Source: Scyliorhinus canicula (lineage: Eukaryota). From it: DNA of 64,000 nt. Position numbers and translations under genes: made by a program. Below, in pieces: positions 63,656-64,000 of this stretch. Numbering within the stretch: position 1 is the first letter of the stretch; every line of letters begins with the position of its first letter. Below the pieces are notes generated by a model. It saw nothing but the letters and a program-made list of their open reading frames with translations, did no database searches and was not told where the DNA came from. Location: positions 4,340,001 through 4,404,000 of the forward strand of contig NC_052168.1 in the NCBI RefSeq assembly GCF_902713615.1. Reading direction: 5' to 3'.

Positions 63656-64000
63656 TTCCTCCGACCCCCGCAAGGTGGGAGTGACCTTCTCCAGACGCGG
63701 GAATTCTGGCAGGACACTCACCCACACACCTGCTTTCGGCAGCTCCGAGTCCCACCAACACAATGAGGTCTGTTTCCGGACTCTCAGGGAGGCAAAGGCC
63801 AATATATTAGCCTCCTTTTCCCCATCTGGACTCCTGGATCTTCCGACATGCCGAATATCGCCACCTCTGGATACGGGGCTACCCCCACACCCAGAATCTT
63901 GGCTATCAGAGAACCCTCGCCAGAGCACCCTCAACCTTGGACAGGCTAAGAAACATGCGCCACACCGCCCACACCTATCCTCATCCCCTGCACAGAACCG

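Noticed and set aside
63716-63761. GTGAGT donor as ATP5MF exon 1
   Set aside because: No suitable in-frame ATG or subunit f-like N-terminus; the region looks like LINE-derived sequence.

Overview
Eukaryotic, repeat-dominated vertebrate DNA. The repeat content (HE1-type tRNA-derived V-SINEs, HER1/CR1 LINE 3' ends, a 69-bp minisatellite) points to a cartilaginous fish, probably a shark. I support three protein-coding genes. (1) An intronless urotensin-II receptor family GPCR on + (14223-15314). (2) A four-exon prototype galectin (galectin-1/2-like, 136 aa) on - (42689 to 27774), assembled by hand from splice sites because the ORF track only shows fragments. (3) Exons 2-4 of ATP synthase subunit f (ATP5MF) on - (54706 to 51042); exon 1 was not found and may lie in the N gap at 55339-55438 or outside the window. 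The most interesting signal is a 20-nt micro-exon candidate (39471-39490) in galectin intron 1. It is out of frame with the galectin's own first exon but joins ATP5MF exon 3 to galectin exon 2 in frame, suggesting a read-through ATP5MF-galectin fusion; this is inference from splice phases only. Other notable items: two minimal hammerhead-ribozyme motifs in Penelope-type remnants on the genes' sense strand; a solo LTR whose GC box is amplified 13-fold in front of its TATA box, antisense inside the galectin; a truncated Gypsy element flanked by a 30-bp duplication; a GC-rich TIR (MITE-like) family; and a 3-kb near-perfect 15-bp array. Repeat boundaries without a stated target-site duplication (TSD) are approximate.
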